This document shows positions 51,201-63,200 of a DNA stretch of 64,000 bases, one piece after another. The notes below the pieces were generated by a model. The model saw nothing but the letters and a program-made list of their open reading frames with translations, searched no databases and was not told the DNA's origin. The first letter of the stretch is position 1; each line of letters begins with the position of its first letter. Origin of the DNA: Phoronis australis (Eukaryota > Animalia > Phoronida); the NCBI GenBank assembly GCA_002633005.1, contig NMRA01000465.1:95310-159309 (forward strand), written 5' to 3'. The translations under genes were made by a program, and so were the position numbers.

Positions 51201-54200
51201 TCAACGATCCAGTTTCCACTGGATGGTATATTGTCCTATGACCCTAACATTCTACAGACCATTACAAACTATATACTTAGCAAAATACGAGTCCGTTTCT
51301 GACCAGTATACATCACTAGTCCAATAACTACATTTCATCAGTCTCACCATCACATCATCTTGTTAAATTTGATGTGCCATCTTAATTACCTGCTGGACAG
51401 GGGAATGACTTTGTCTTGTTGTAACCATAGCTGGCGCTAGTGTTGGCAAGAGGTTGGTCTGTTGTAGCCATATCATGGCACACCACACCAGCTTTACATA
51501 TATCACAGGCGGCACGGTCTGTACGGTTACCGTAGTAACCAGGTGGGCATGGCTGACAAGTGTCTAGGAATGTCTGACGAGGGCTGCTGTCATACTCGCG
51601 GTAACCCAGAGGGCACTTGACAGGCTCCATCGCACCTGTAATGATAATAAGAAGTTCAGTGGTCAAAGAATAAGCAGGGGATACAAAGACATTCGGCAGA
51701 GCTTGGCTTCTATTCCACAAGATAATTCTCTTAGCTCAGTCTCGGCAAAGTAGGAACATTAACAGAGACTCCAGCTGCTGACATGCAGTGGGAGCTGCTG
51801 ATGTACAGTGGCTGAATGTAAGATATATTTAGTCCTTTGAGTTGGTATGCACAAAATTATCAAGATGTGTGCTAAATGGTTACTGGGACGAAGGCATTTT
51901 TTACCTAAAGAAGGCGTATTTGCCTTGGATGGCAACAAATTGACTGAAACTTGGCAAACTTTAAGACCTCATTTCGAAAGCACACATTCAACTTATCTCA
52001 CACTGTTCTATCTGACAGCCCAAACCTGTAGGGCAGTGATTCAACACCCGATAACACAGAGCTTGAATGTTTAGTTGAAAACACACACACACCAAACACA
52101 TTCCACAAATGTCAGTGCGAGACTGCACAAAACACGGAACTTCACTTTAACAAATATTCAAATAAATGTGAAAATCTTAAATCAACCAAAAGCAAAACAC
52201 AAAATAATTATTTAAAAATGGTTGGTGCCAATCAGCAGATATCTTAAATTAAAAGCCAATGCAAAATTATGATAACTACAACCGTTACAGTTACCTAATT
52301 TAAGTTCAATTCCCTTCAAGGCAAGTTCTGTCAACAACAGTTCAGCATGACATCACATGACAACAACAATTATATTAATTTTGCACACTGCCCAACACCG
52401 GAGACATTGTGTATCACTTCCTGTTAGTGTTTGGTTCAATGAACTTATCAATGAACTAACATGCCACATGTTTTCAAATCACAAACATCTGATTAAGCAA
52501 CTGACAATGGCAACATTGTGTGGTGAATGCCACCATTTTTTCAGAACAATTATTGTAAAGTCATAGCTAATCACTGCATGAGTAATACTTTAAGAAAATG
52601 GGTAACTAAGCATATTGAATAATGAGGTCATTATTAGTACAAATACTAAATGGCGCTGTCGCTCAGTTTTGGTGAAACTTTTCGCAAGTGCAGTCCTGAA
52701 ACTGTTAACAGGCTGTTAAGATACAGCTCAGAAAAAGTAATTTTATTTTTCATTTTGTGAAAAGTTTCAAACAACAATTCTGGTTACAGAGGAGTGGACC
52801 GTGGATGTGACCATATACTAGTTAAATATCCCTAAAGTGTCTTTATGGCTAAATGCCAACTCACACCAATGCCACCTACCAATGAGGTTGTCTCCTTCAC
52901 AGTAGTGTCCAGGGGGACATCTTTCCGGACTGGGTGATCCCTCTGGACAGTAGTAGCCGGGTGGACAAGGCTCTTGGGTCATAGAGCGGTTACAGTAATA
53001 ACCTAAAAGATTTAGCACATTCATATCAGTACATAGTAATGTAACATAACACTGATGAGACTAGACAATCATTCACATCAGCACCAAGTAATCTAACTTA
53101 TAACTGATGAGACTACATATTCATATCAGCACCCAGCAATGAATAAGTAACTTATAACTGATGAGACTACACTCATATCAGCACCCAGCAATGAATGTAA
53201 CTTATAACTGATGAGACTACACATTCATATCAGCACCCAGTAATGTAACTTATAACTGAGGAGACTACACATTCCAAAAAATCACACAGATGGTAATATT
53301 TTAGTGTCTACTTTGTTTCTTATCACTCTATGATCAGCAGGATTATTTGCACAGTACATACCAAAAATAAGCAGGCAAAGTGACTCATAATTACTGGTCA
53401 TGATGGCTGAGAACAACCACAGTTCACCCTTAGTCATAACCAGTCTTGAAGGGGATATGGGATTTCATGTGATTACACTTCTGGTACGTACCGTACATAT
53501 TTTTTGACCAATCACGTAAACGAGACGGGGAGTTTGATTCTTTGTAATCCAAGATAATATTACGCATGCCCCATGCTTTTATAAGCAGGCAATCTCAAGA
53601 CACTGTTTTCAATGCCCAAGTTAAGTTACTCAATTACCCAATTTCCTGAGAATCTATTCCTAACACCACAACCCACCTGGTTGACAGATGGTCTCATTTT
53701 GTGCACCCGCAGGACAGAAGTAGCCAGATCGACACTGAGTCCCATTGATGGTCATGTTACTGTCTGGACAATAGTAACCAGCAAGACACTGATGACAGTG
53801 GCTGATGTTCATTCCTGTGTCTTCAGGCCTGTTAACACATAGAGCAGACACTCAGTCTTCAGGTGTTAATGTTCACTAGAGCTCGAAATGTTCATGCTGC
53901 TGTGAAGCAAAGTCTACAAGACAACTCTTCCCAACTTTACCTAGGGTAGACATCTCAGACATTGATAAGCCATTTAATTGGTCCCAACAGCTATACAGTT
54001 GTCATGCACATGTTAGACAGTAAACACTAACAATGCTAGCACAGGTGTGATATGCTTTACCTGAAAGTCCCTGGTGGACATGCGACGGGGTAGTCGACTG
54101 CCTCAGGACAATACGAGCCAGGTGGGCAGGGAGACTCCAGGTATGTAGACATGCCCTCCCTGTTACACCAGTAGCCTGCCGGGCAGGGCAAGCACCAGGT

Positions 54201-57200
54201 CAGGTTCATAGCGCCCTCTAGCTCGTTGTAGGTCTTGACAGGACACTTCTTCATCTGTTGGGCATACTCACAGTAGTGGCCGGGATTACATGGTTTGGCT
54301 AGGATGGAGCCTGTTGGACAGACTTTACCAGCAGGACAACTACCACAGTCTGCTTCAGAGGAGGCTCCGATTATGTCAATCACCGTGTTGAGTGGACACA
54401 CAGACACATTTAGTGCACCTGGAGTAAGGTAAGCAGTTATCGTTTACTGGTGTATGAAGTTGTCTATATGTTGGCGTCATCTAGTGATCAATGAATAAGT
54501 TAATTATGCAGTTATCATTTACTGGTGTATAAAGTTGGCTATATGCTGGCGCCATCCAGTGATTAATTAATGAGTTAAGCAGTTGTCCCTTACTGGTGTA
54601 TGGAGATGGCTGTATGTTGGTGTTGTCTAATGACTAAATTATGAGTAAATTGTAAAATCATAACCCAGCGAAAAACAAACACAGGTCATACTGACTAAGC
54701 ATTGCGCAATCTAACTAAGACCCCTGTGGACCCTGAGACGTTCCACCCATGTTTAGATCAAAAATGCCCATCTCCAAACGTCCCCAGCTGTTTCATCAAG
54801 ACGCTAGGGCGGACTCGATGTTCTGAGAACCAGGTTGATGCATCATTCAACGTCAACATGATACAACTACCTCACTGCATAAGACTTGACATTTTAAAGA
54901 TATCAAGTTGCTTGTAAAACACTGAGAATTCAATTATTGGTAATTTAAAATCAGAATTTGAAACCCATGGTCTCAGATTTTCATGCTCATATGCAGTGAC
55001 TTACCTTGTACACAGTAGTACCCGTAGGGGCATGGCTGACCACAGCTGGTGTTGGATGCCCCGTCAGGGTCAGGTACACTGCAACCTGTCTTACAGAGGT
55101 AACCAGCGTTACAGTCACCTGTGATCTGACCATTCACACAGTATTTACCTGAGGAAAGAACAATACAACACTGTACACAGCACTGTGCATGATGGCTGTG
55201 TCATGTGATGAAAGTAACAATACCAAAGACAGTTATAATCACTCTGAAAGTTAAATGACCATATCATCAAAGGATCACCTGACAACTCAGACTGAACTAG
55301 TCAAGCTCCAACTCCATCAAGACCTAAAGTTCTTAATATTCTACTCCCCTAACTATCCACACATTGTTCGCCGTGTGAAGACTACAACCAGCTACGCTTC
55401 AGCCTACACTAAATTCTGAACAAAATACTAATTGTTAAGTTAAAACGAGTCAATGAAAAGTTACCTCCTTCAGACTTGTTAATTTTATATCCAGGAATAA
55501 CATTAGCATAATTTATATAACTCACCCGGTTCACAAGGCGTGCACTGTTCAGCTGCCTGTAGTCCTGTGGCAGAGGGTAGTGTGTAGGTACCATTAGGGC
55601 ACAGTATTGGTTCGTAGGTGCCCTTGGGGCAGTAGTGGAAGGGTTTACATGGTGTGGGCGTACTTGTGTTGAGGAGGCAGTAAGACCCTGTTGGGCATAT
55701 GTCACAGTCTATCTGTCCAGGGTTCTTCTGGAATGTTCCTGTAACAGCAGCATTGTACTATGTACTAACCATCCAGGTAAAAAGACTTAATATCAGATTC
55801 CAAATAATAAATTATGCTTAAAATTTTGGGGTTGTCTATGATTCTCATCCCTCGACAGAGGCGAAAATGTCTGCTTGAAAATAAAAGCAATGGCATATTT
55901 GCCACTCATATTTCCTGATTTGGGCTTCATGAAATTTGCCGAAAAAAACCCCAAATGTCAGCTCCTGTATGAGTGATATGAGTGAGGTCAATTTATACCG
56001 TCTCATTTATTTCTTTTTTTCACTTGTATTTTCGAGCATTTACTCGCTTGATGTCGAGCCCTGATTATAATATTCATTGATTAATTTATGTAACTTTTCA
56101 AAAGAAGATGCTAAAACTAAAAGCTAATTAACAATAAAAGAAAATAAGAAACAATAGAAAAGCCTTCGTTGAATACAGCAATCTCACCAGGTGGGCAGGG
56201 TACAGGGGTACCAGTGTTATTCAGACAGTAGTGTCCTGCTGGGCACACAAATGACACGGGTTGATCAGTGATGACTTCAGCACTCTCTGGACAGTAGTAG
56301 CGTTGTAGACACACCCCTGAGGGTTGGGATAGTCCATGATTCAAGCAGTACTTGCCCGGGGGACATGCCATACACTCAGACAAGTTACCACGACCGGTGT
56401 CCGGGTTCATGGTACCAGGGGGACAGGCTGTTGCCATGGTAGTGCCTGTGAACAAGGGTAACACCAGTCATTAAGATGAACATTGTCAGAGATGTAACGA
56501 CACTTTGATATAATCATTTAACTACACTTTGACATCATCATCTAACTACACTTTGATATCATAATCTAACTACACTTTGATATCATCACCTAACTACACT
56601 TTGATATCATCATCTAACTACACTTTGATATCATCATCTAACTACACTTTGATATCATCACCTAACTACACTTTGATATCATCATCTAACTACACTTTGA
56701 TATCATCACCTAACTACACTTTGATATCATCATCTAACTACACTTTGATATCATCATCTAACTACACTTTGATATCATCACCTAACTACACTTTGATATC
56801 ATCATCTAACTACACTTTGATANACACTTTGATATAATAATCATTTAACTATACTTTGACATCATAATCTAACTACACTTTGATATTATCACCTAAATAC
56901 GCTTTGATATCATCATCTAACTACATGAGTCTGCCAATGTTGCCAACTTTAGATGAGACGTTTTAGTAAAGTTTGTTGAACAAAATCTACGACATCACCA
57001 AATGTATGATCCATTCATATGATTTAATTTTGTCCAATTTTTGCCTTGAGTTATAAAACAAACACTGGAAGTATACTGTTTTATAGTTTCCTCTGAGATT
57101 GCGTGCCTAGTGAAGGATGAAAAGTGTCTTCACACAGTTCGTAGTCATAACAACCAACAATATGTCCCACCTCACAGGTGCAACACAAGTCACAAAGCTG

Positions 57201-60200
57201 AGTCACACTAGAATAAGCTTCTAACCAGACACCAGTCACGTGCACCATGTCTCTTCTAAAGATCACGCCATGTCCACGACTCTGATTACATAATAGTATG
57301 ACAGTGATGTGCATGACTAATGTTCTCCATTAAAAACACATGAAGAAGTTAGGAGTTTGTCAGCAATTATTGAACATTTAAATCTGTCAGACAGCAGTGT
57401 CTACACTGATGTGACAATAGGTGACACATTTTAGACCAATTGATAGATTCATAGACTTACCCTGTATACAATAGTGTCCCTTGGGGCAAGGCATGTTGAC
57501 CCCATCGCTGGGTGTGGCTGATGTTGCATTCTCCACACACAGGTACCCAGCAGAACAATCTCCAGACACATTGGTCAGTCCCGGCACGGCACAGAACTTC
57601 CCTTGAGGACAGGGGAGACAATCCTGCTGCGTGACAAGGCCAGTGTAGGGGTTGTACGTTCCTGAAAATACAATATGATGCAAAATACAACAAAAGTTGT
57701 AACTTTTCTACTATTCGCAAATGGATATAATGTTATATTTGGCACATGTGGCATATGAATCTACTTAAGTGACCCCTATGGGACCCCAAGGTGACCTCCT
57801 TGGCAGTACATGTGGTGCGTGAACTTAAAAGTGACCCCCCCCCCATAGCACTCCACAGTGGCCCCCATGGCCCTACACATGTGTCACGTGAACATAACAA
57901 AAGTGGCCCCCATGGTTCTCCAGATGTGACTGAAAAGGAAATGATTTTTTTGAATTGTAAACTTTTAAAAACTCCCCAGTAATGCTAACTAGGTTAAGCC
58001 AAGATCCCATAGTTTAAAGTAGAACATCAAATCAATTTAGTGATGGTGAATCTTCCAGCTGAAACAATCAATGAACTCCATTCATGAAGTTAATAAAAAT
58101 ACAGAACAAGGAGTATTACCTTGCCATCATAAAAAAAATCAAAACAACAAACTTAAGGTAAATATCCGAGCTGTTACAAGCTGGTGCCTTGATATCGAAT
58201 AAGTAAGAAATATTAGTCATGAAATGAAGACTATATTTCTTTCTTATAAAAACAAAGCAAAGCCAAGTTAAAGATTTTCATTTTTTCAACATGAAATAAA
58301 ACGAAATTTTTTAAAACATGAAATAAAACAAAAGTTTTCATTAATTAATGCATAAAGCAAAACAAAGGTTATCATTGCAATTTAAGAAATGAATAAGAAC
58401 AACGGTTTAGACGTGTATGAGCTTTAACAAGTGCAATAAAGATCACAATCAATAAAGTTCTCATTTCCCAAAGATATTTACCACAAATTCTAACAAATCT
58501 GGAATTACAACCTGAACAGGCATTACCAAAGTGGAGTACCCTCTTACTCCATAAACCAGGGCATAACATACTTAAAAGGCTGATAAGCCACATCTAGGGT
58601 AGACAGCCCAGCCAACTAGTGTGCAGTTTAATTTGCAATACACTGTGCAGCACAGTGTGCAACATACTGTACTGCAGAGGGCTAGACAGTGATGTAATCA
58701 GGACCATAAACAGTGAGTTATTACTAAAACAGTGGACCACTGACCAGATGACTCATACAGGTAGTCTGTTTGTGACAGGAAAGAAGTGTGAGAAGACAGC
58801 TGGCAACTGAACAAGCACCAACTACTAGTGAGTCATGTGACTGTACTGTCAGTTGAGTTACTGGCATCAATTCATCTGGCAAATAGCTAAATCCCAAAAC
58901 ATACTTGCTGTTCTTACTAAAAAAAAACTTTAATAGAAGTCCGAGTTCTAAAGTTCATGTCACACTATTCTAAATAACTGTCTGGAGTTTATTTTTCTCA
59001 AATTTCTGCCAAATCTGAAAAAAACAGATGCCCTTTGTTTACACTTAATTTTGTTTAACTGTTTTTTTCAGTGGACACATGTACTCTCCACCTGATCCTT
59101 GGCACATTGGGTGGGCTGGCAGGTGGGTGTATACTATCAGCAGTGGTTGCTATGGTGATTACCAGGTAATGCATTCTTACATCAACAAAACAAACATTTC
59201 CACTAAGGACTACAAGAGCACAAGTTTACATAAAGTTATAAGCAGTGTTCTCCACAACAGAAAATTCAAACAACTGGAATTTACAAAATTTATGTACACG
59301 TTGGAAAGTCCTATATGTCCATACTGTGGGGAGTAAGTGCGTTAAGTCTTGGAATAAATGCATTGAGCCAGTACCAAAAATCTAAAATCTTCTAATTTGC
59401 TTAAAAAATGACTAATCTATAAATACTTCAACTCATTTCATCAGGTTTTCAAACTCAACACAAGTAAGCCAAACTTGTCACCACAAAATTCAAACTCAAC
59501 ACAGTGACAAGTCAAAACAACTTGTGGAGTACACTGATAGGGTGCCATAAGGATTTAACAGATGATGTCTAATCCATCCATATAATGCAGAAACAACAAC
59601 TTAACAGACCAGAGCAAACAATTAAGCATGCCAATAAGAATGTGCTAAGGAGGAGTAGGCAGATAAAAGTTGATGTCCGGTAGATTTGTGAGATAACGCA
59701 ATATGTAATCTTATGATACATAAGTGGCAGGTGTGCCCCTGGATGAGGATTATGTGACAGCAGCTTGACAAATAACCTTTGACACAACAGTGATTACTTT
59801 CAGGTACCGCAGCACTGCCAGCCACATCACTGAGAATATCACTCCTCCAGAAACAGCTGAAGGTCAAGTGGAGCCACAGAAGGACTCCCCGAGTCGTAAA
59901 CGATTTAGTTACGTTCGTTTCCATGACTACGACGACCAACACAACAGTAGTAACATTGTTATCAACAGAAACATGGTTCAATCCCAGAATGAAGCCACAT
60001 CCAACATTCAACAGAGTTTTGTAGACCTTGAAATAGCAAGTGAACTAAATGTTTACAGCAACATCCTGGTCACAGACCAAGTGGAAAATCCACACATAAA
60101 GAATAAAGAAATGAATAATAACATAAAGGTTCAATGCGATGAGTACAATGAGTGTTTGAGAAACATTGAAGAGAATGTGCAGAGCAAGACTGATCAGTTG

Positions 60201-63200
60201 GCTACGCAAGTAGACAGTGTCACTATGGGACCTTATCATGTATAGGAAGGAGTCAAGTGTTCTTGTGACAGTGTTTCATGTATAGGAGTCAAGTGTTACT
60301 GATGGTATCAGTGTTCAACCTCAAGAAATTCAAGTTTACGAATGGTTTGTAGTGCGCATGTTAGTATCTACTGGCAATACTTGGGGAAATTTTGGAAGGA
60401 CTAAAATCAGTTTTGAAGGTGAAGTCAACATTAACACTAAATGCCCAGTAATTGCTACTACATCTGATAAGGAAAAGAATTGTTAATCACTGCAAGGCAT
60501 GGGATCACCAATCTGAAAACATTACACAGCATACAGACAGCCAACCTGCAGGTTGGACTGTTGCATTGTGGGATTGAGTTCGCTGATTAGGTTCAATACA
60601 CTAAAAATTTTCACACACGTGCAAGCTAATTTGTTGCATCAATGGAACACAGCCCAATTAAAAGCATAACTTTCAGGACACAGTTTGCTACTACCACCAA
60701 TTAAAGATCATGCCTGCAGGACATAGTTTGGTATCATCACCAATTAACGGACCTACCTGCAGGACACAGTCGACCATCATCAGCAGTAGCTTTGGGACAA
60801 TAACGCCCACTCAGACAAGGGAGTGTCGTGTTCATACCCTGGTCAGGGCATCGTTGACCTGCCTCACAGTTCTTACAGATGGCCAGTCCAGTGGATGGTC
60901 CATAAGTGCCCTTAGGACATATGGTAGGAGAGACAGCTCCCTGGACACAGTAATGACCAATGGGACAGATGTAACCTTTGACATTATCTGTGGGACGGGC
61001 CAAGTTGGAGCCTTCCACACAGATGTAGCCAGCGTCACATGGCATGGTGACACCTACAAACAGGCAAAGGTTGTCATGACACCACATTATCATCCGTATT
61101 TTGCAAGTGATATAAAGTATGTTCTTAGGACTACATTTATTAATAACTCTCATTAACAACTTGGACAATGGGCAGAACATAGTATGTCATACAGAGCATT
61201 GTGTTCATTCCAAATGAACTACAGAACTACTCTTCACTTTTAATTATTATCTAACTAATAATAAATCCAATACTAGTGCTCAAGAACAGTTCTTAGGACT
61301 ACTTTCAAAAGTCTATAAAGTAGCACATGCATACTTTTTGTGCATACACAAGCTGTCATTACCTGATCTCCAATTAAAACATGGGCATGAAAAGAGTCTT
61401 TACAACTGTACAGTCATTCATGAGCAGATATTTCCCTCAAAGGACCACATGTATCTTTACTAGAGACAAAGTGGTATTGAGAGGTACACGACTCAATACT
61501 GAGTGAGGATGTATCATTATTAGAGCTGAGGGGAGTAGTGTTGACGGTACACTGCAGGGTAATAGTCGGACATAACATGCCCGTATTTTGAGAACCAGTT
61601 TCCTCCACTGAATAACAGACATCAAACTGGTTCTCAAAATGTTGGCACGTTATGTCCCACTATTACCCACTACTCAATACAGAGCACGTATATCACTAGA
61701 GACAAGGAGAGTACAGTATTGAAGGTACACTACACAAAGTAAGCCCATAGCATTACTAGAGCTGAGAGACGTACAGTACTGATGGTGGACAACTGAATAC
61801 AGGGTGAAAACGTACCATTACTAGAGCTGAGGGGTGTACAGTATCTGCCAGCTGGACAAGGTGCACAGTCGGAGTAGTTCTTGTTGCCTGCACTCCTAGC
61901 CATGGTACCATCAGGGCAGGGTACAGGGGTGTAGCTCCCTTCCGGACAGTAGTTACCTATGGGGCACAGTCCCTCAGTAGGGTTTGGCTCAATGGTTGAG
62001 CCATTACAATAGTACCTACAATCATCAACAAGTCACCAACGTTATGTTGCGTCACAAAATTTGGGATTTGAAGAGAAACTGAAGAGATTTGCTGTTGAAT
62101 CGCACAAGACAGTGGAGCACGTATTTCACAAGCAACCTAGCTATACTCAGTGTATCTCTGTTCTAAAAACATTCCACAGATTGCTGCAGTGTGTCTCAGT
62201 CTGACACTAAACTACTGTCTAGAACTAGACGTAATGGACAAAGGCTTAATAGTCTGAAACTAGACATTGAACGTCAGCATTAATGATTAATGAGCTTAAT
62301 AAGAAATTCAACACATTTCCACAAAAAAATAAAAAATGACTGTCTGTTAAGTTAAAAACCTAGATTTACTGAGATATCAGACTTTGCTGTAAATAGTTTA
62401 TTCATTTCAACCCGCCATCTTTTTGATCACATCACGTGACCTAATGCATATAAGTCCGAAAAGATTTCTGCTCCCGACTGGGACTCGAACCCAGGACCTT
62501 CTGGGACCTTCGGGACCGATGGCTCAGTGGCTAGAGCTTCTGCACGATTAGCAGACGGTCCTGGGGTTGAGTCCCGGTCAGGTGCAGAAATCTTTTCTGA
62601 CTTATGTTCATTATGTCACCTGATGTGATCAAAAAGATGGTGGGTTGAATGGGATAAACTATTTCCGACATATTTTCAAGCCTCACTGAAAAAGATATAT
62701 TTATATAATACATATATCAGACTTTATTCCAGTAAAACAAGTTTGAATGTAGCACACAATTCACTTACCCAGCAAAGCAGAGTCCTTCCGGCTCTGACAG
62801 TCCCCACTTTTGACAGTAAAACTTGGGAGTGCATTGCTGACATTGAGTGACACTTGTCCTGCCAGTGATGTTGTTGAATGTGCCAGGTGGGCAAGGGTGT
62901 TGGGTGGCCGTCTCGGTGCCGTTTGGACAGTAGTAGCCACTTGGACAGGTCTGGTTAGATAGGTCACTGACTGCATATAGACTGTTATCACAGAAGTAGC
63001 CTGGAAAGCAATGAACACATACATGACCAACGAAGGGGAGCATGATTATGTGACTATGATAGAACCAAGAGGCATTATGCTGAAATAGTTCATAGAACCA
63101 AGAGGCATTATGCTGTAAACAGTTCATAGAGCCAAGAGGTATTATGTTGTAATCAATTCATAGAACCAAAATGCTGTAAACTGTTCATAAAAAGTGTATA

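Noticed and set aside
56500-56925. CRISPR-like array or ISSSNYTL repeat protein (ORF 56577-56837)
   Set aside because: Contiguous 24 bp units with no unique spacers, in a eukaryotic intron, with no cas genes. The ORF is a by-product of a unit length divisible by 3.
62512-62585. Functional tRNA gene (GAT anticodon)
   Set aside because: Broken acceptor stem, no U33 and an altered T-loop; embedded in a repeated palindromic element.
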